Shown here: in pieces, positions 19,475 through 20,000 of the stretch
Layout of the letters: every line of letters begins with the position of its first letter
Position numbering within the stretch: position 1 is the stretch's first letter
Assembly: GCF_004010195.1 (NCBI RefSeq)
Contig: NC_057718.1
Location: 89,047,458 to 89,067,457, forward strand
Reading direction: 5' to 3'
Source: Chiloscyllium plagiosum
Taxonomy: Eukaryota
Length of the DNA stretch: 20,000 bases
Notes under the pieces: generated by a model
Database searches by the model: none
The model's input: only the letters and a program-made list of their open reading frames with translations
Told to the model about the DNA's origin: nothing
Made by a program: the position numbers and the translations under genes

Positions 19475-19560
19475 TTTTTTGATGAAGGGCCTTTGCCCAA
19501 AACGTCGATTTTCCTGCTCCTCGGATGCTGCCTGACTTGCTGCAGCACCACACTCTCAAT
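19475..19560 (+). mobile_element. PLE pLTR fragment with decayed hammerhead
   Basis: tTGATGA-A-GGGC-CTTT-GCCC-aAAA-CGTC-gatt (19479-19506), followed by the shared body. Confidence 0.85.
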
Positions 19561-19596
19561 CCTAAACCTCTTACCCTCTAGTTCTAGACTCCCCCA

Positions 19597-20000
19597 TCCA
19601 TGCGGGACACCCGCACCAATCAACCACACCGTCCTGTGGCCCAATATTTCAACTCCCCCTCCCACTCTGCCAAGGACATGGAGGTCCTGGGCCTCCTTCA
19701 CCATCGCTCCCTCACCACTAGACACCTGGAGGAAGAACGCCTCATCTTCCGCCTCGGAACACTTCAACCCCAGGGCATCAATGTGGACTTCAACAGTTTC
19801 CTCATTTCCCCTTCCCCCACCTCACCCTAGTTTTAAACTTCCAGCTCAGCACTGTCCCCATGACTTGTCCGGACTTGTCCTACCTGCCTATCTCCTTTTC
19901 CACTTATCCACTCCACCCTCTCCTCCCTAACCTATCACCTTCATCCCCTCCTCCGCTCACCCATTGTACTCTAAGCTACTTTCTCCCCCCCCCCCCCCCC
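19597..20000 (+). mobile_element. Neptune-type Penelope element 3' fragment: GIY-YIG C-terminus + 3'UTR, running off the window
   Basis: ORF 19600..19830 RDTRTNQPHRPVAQYFNSPSHSAKDMEVLGLL...RHLEEERLIFRLGTLQPQGINVDF matches the PVA.HFN...H / LIF.LGTL.P.G.N.DF end of PLE endonucleases. Confidence 0.9.

Noticed and set aside
8990..19560. Dispersed repeats as a CRISPR-like array
   Set aside because: Irregular kilobase spacing, both strands, TSDs and a eukaryotic context; no cas genes.
19268..19930. Longest ORF (220 aa) as a host gene
   Set aside because: It crosses a CA-rich tract, a hammerhead fragment, a CR1 scrap and an off-frame PLE read; it is chimeric and low-complexity.
19985..20000. Poly-C run as a functional element
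   Set aside because: It lies in the C-rich PLE 3'UTR at the window edge; homopolymer expansion or sequencing error is likely.

Overview
Repeat-saturated vertebrate DNA with no recognisable host gene. The repeat inventory (HE1-type tRNA SINE, CR1/HER1-type LINE tails, shark-type Penelope ends) points to a cartilaginous fish, probably a shark (inference). Nearly all of the window is nested retroelement debris: CR1 and L2-group LINEs, SINEs, Penelope-like elements (PLEs) and Gypsy LTR remnants. Three things stand out. (1) Six insertions carry seven minimal hammerhead-ribozyme cores (CTGAnGA-stem II-GAAA-CGTC/T), and two more PLE ends are truncated. They include a young, near-perfect 94-bp-arm palindrome with one hammerhead on each strand (16221-16443, 13-15 bp target-site duplication, TSD) and a hammerhead element carrying 86 nt of unrelated 5' sequence inside its TSD (8904-9120). 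(2) Two inverted copies of a Mag-like Gypsy derivative encode Gag + protease followed by a shared non-RT peptide in place of reverse transcriptase. (3) An old CR1 ORF2 is stretched over about 6.2 kb by seven nested insertions. All family calls come from manual motif recognition without database searches, and most boundaries are approximate.
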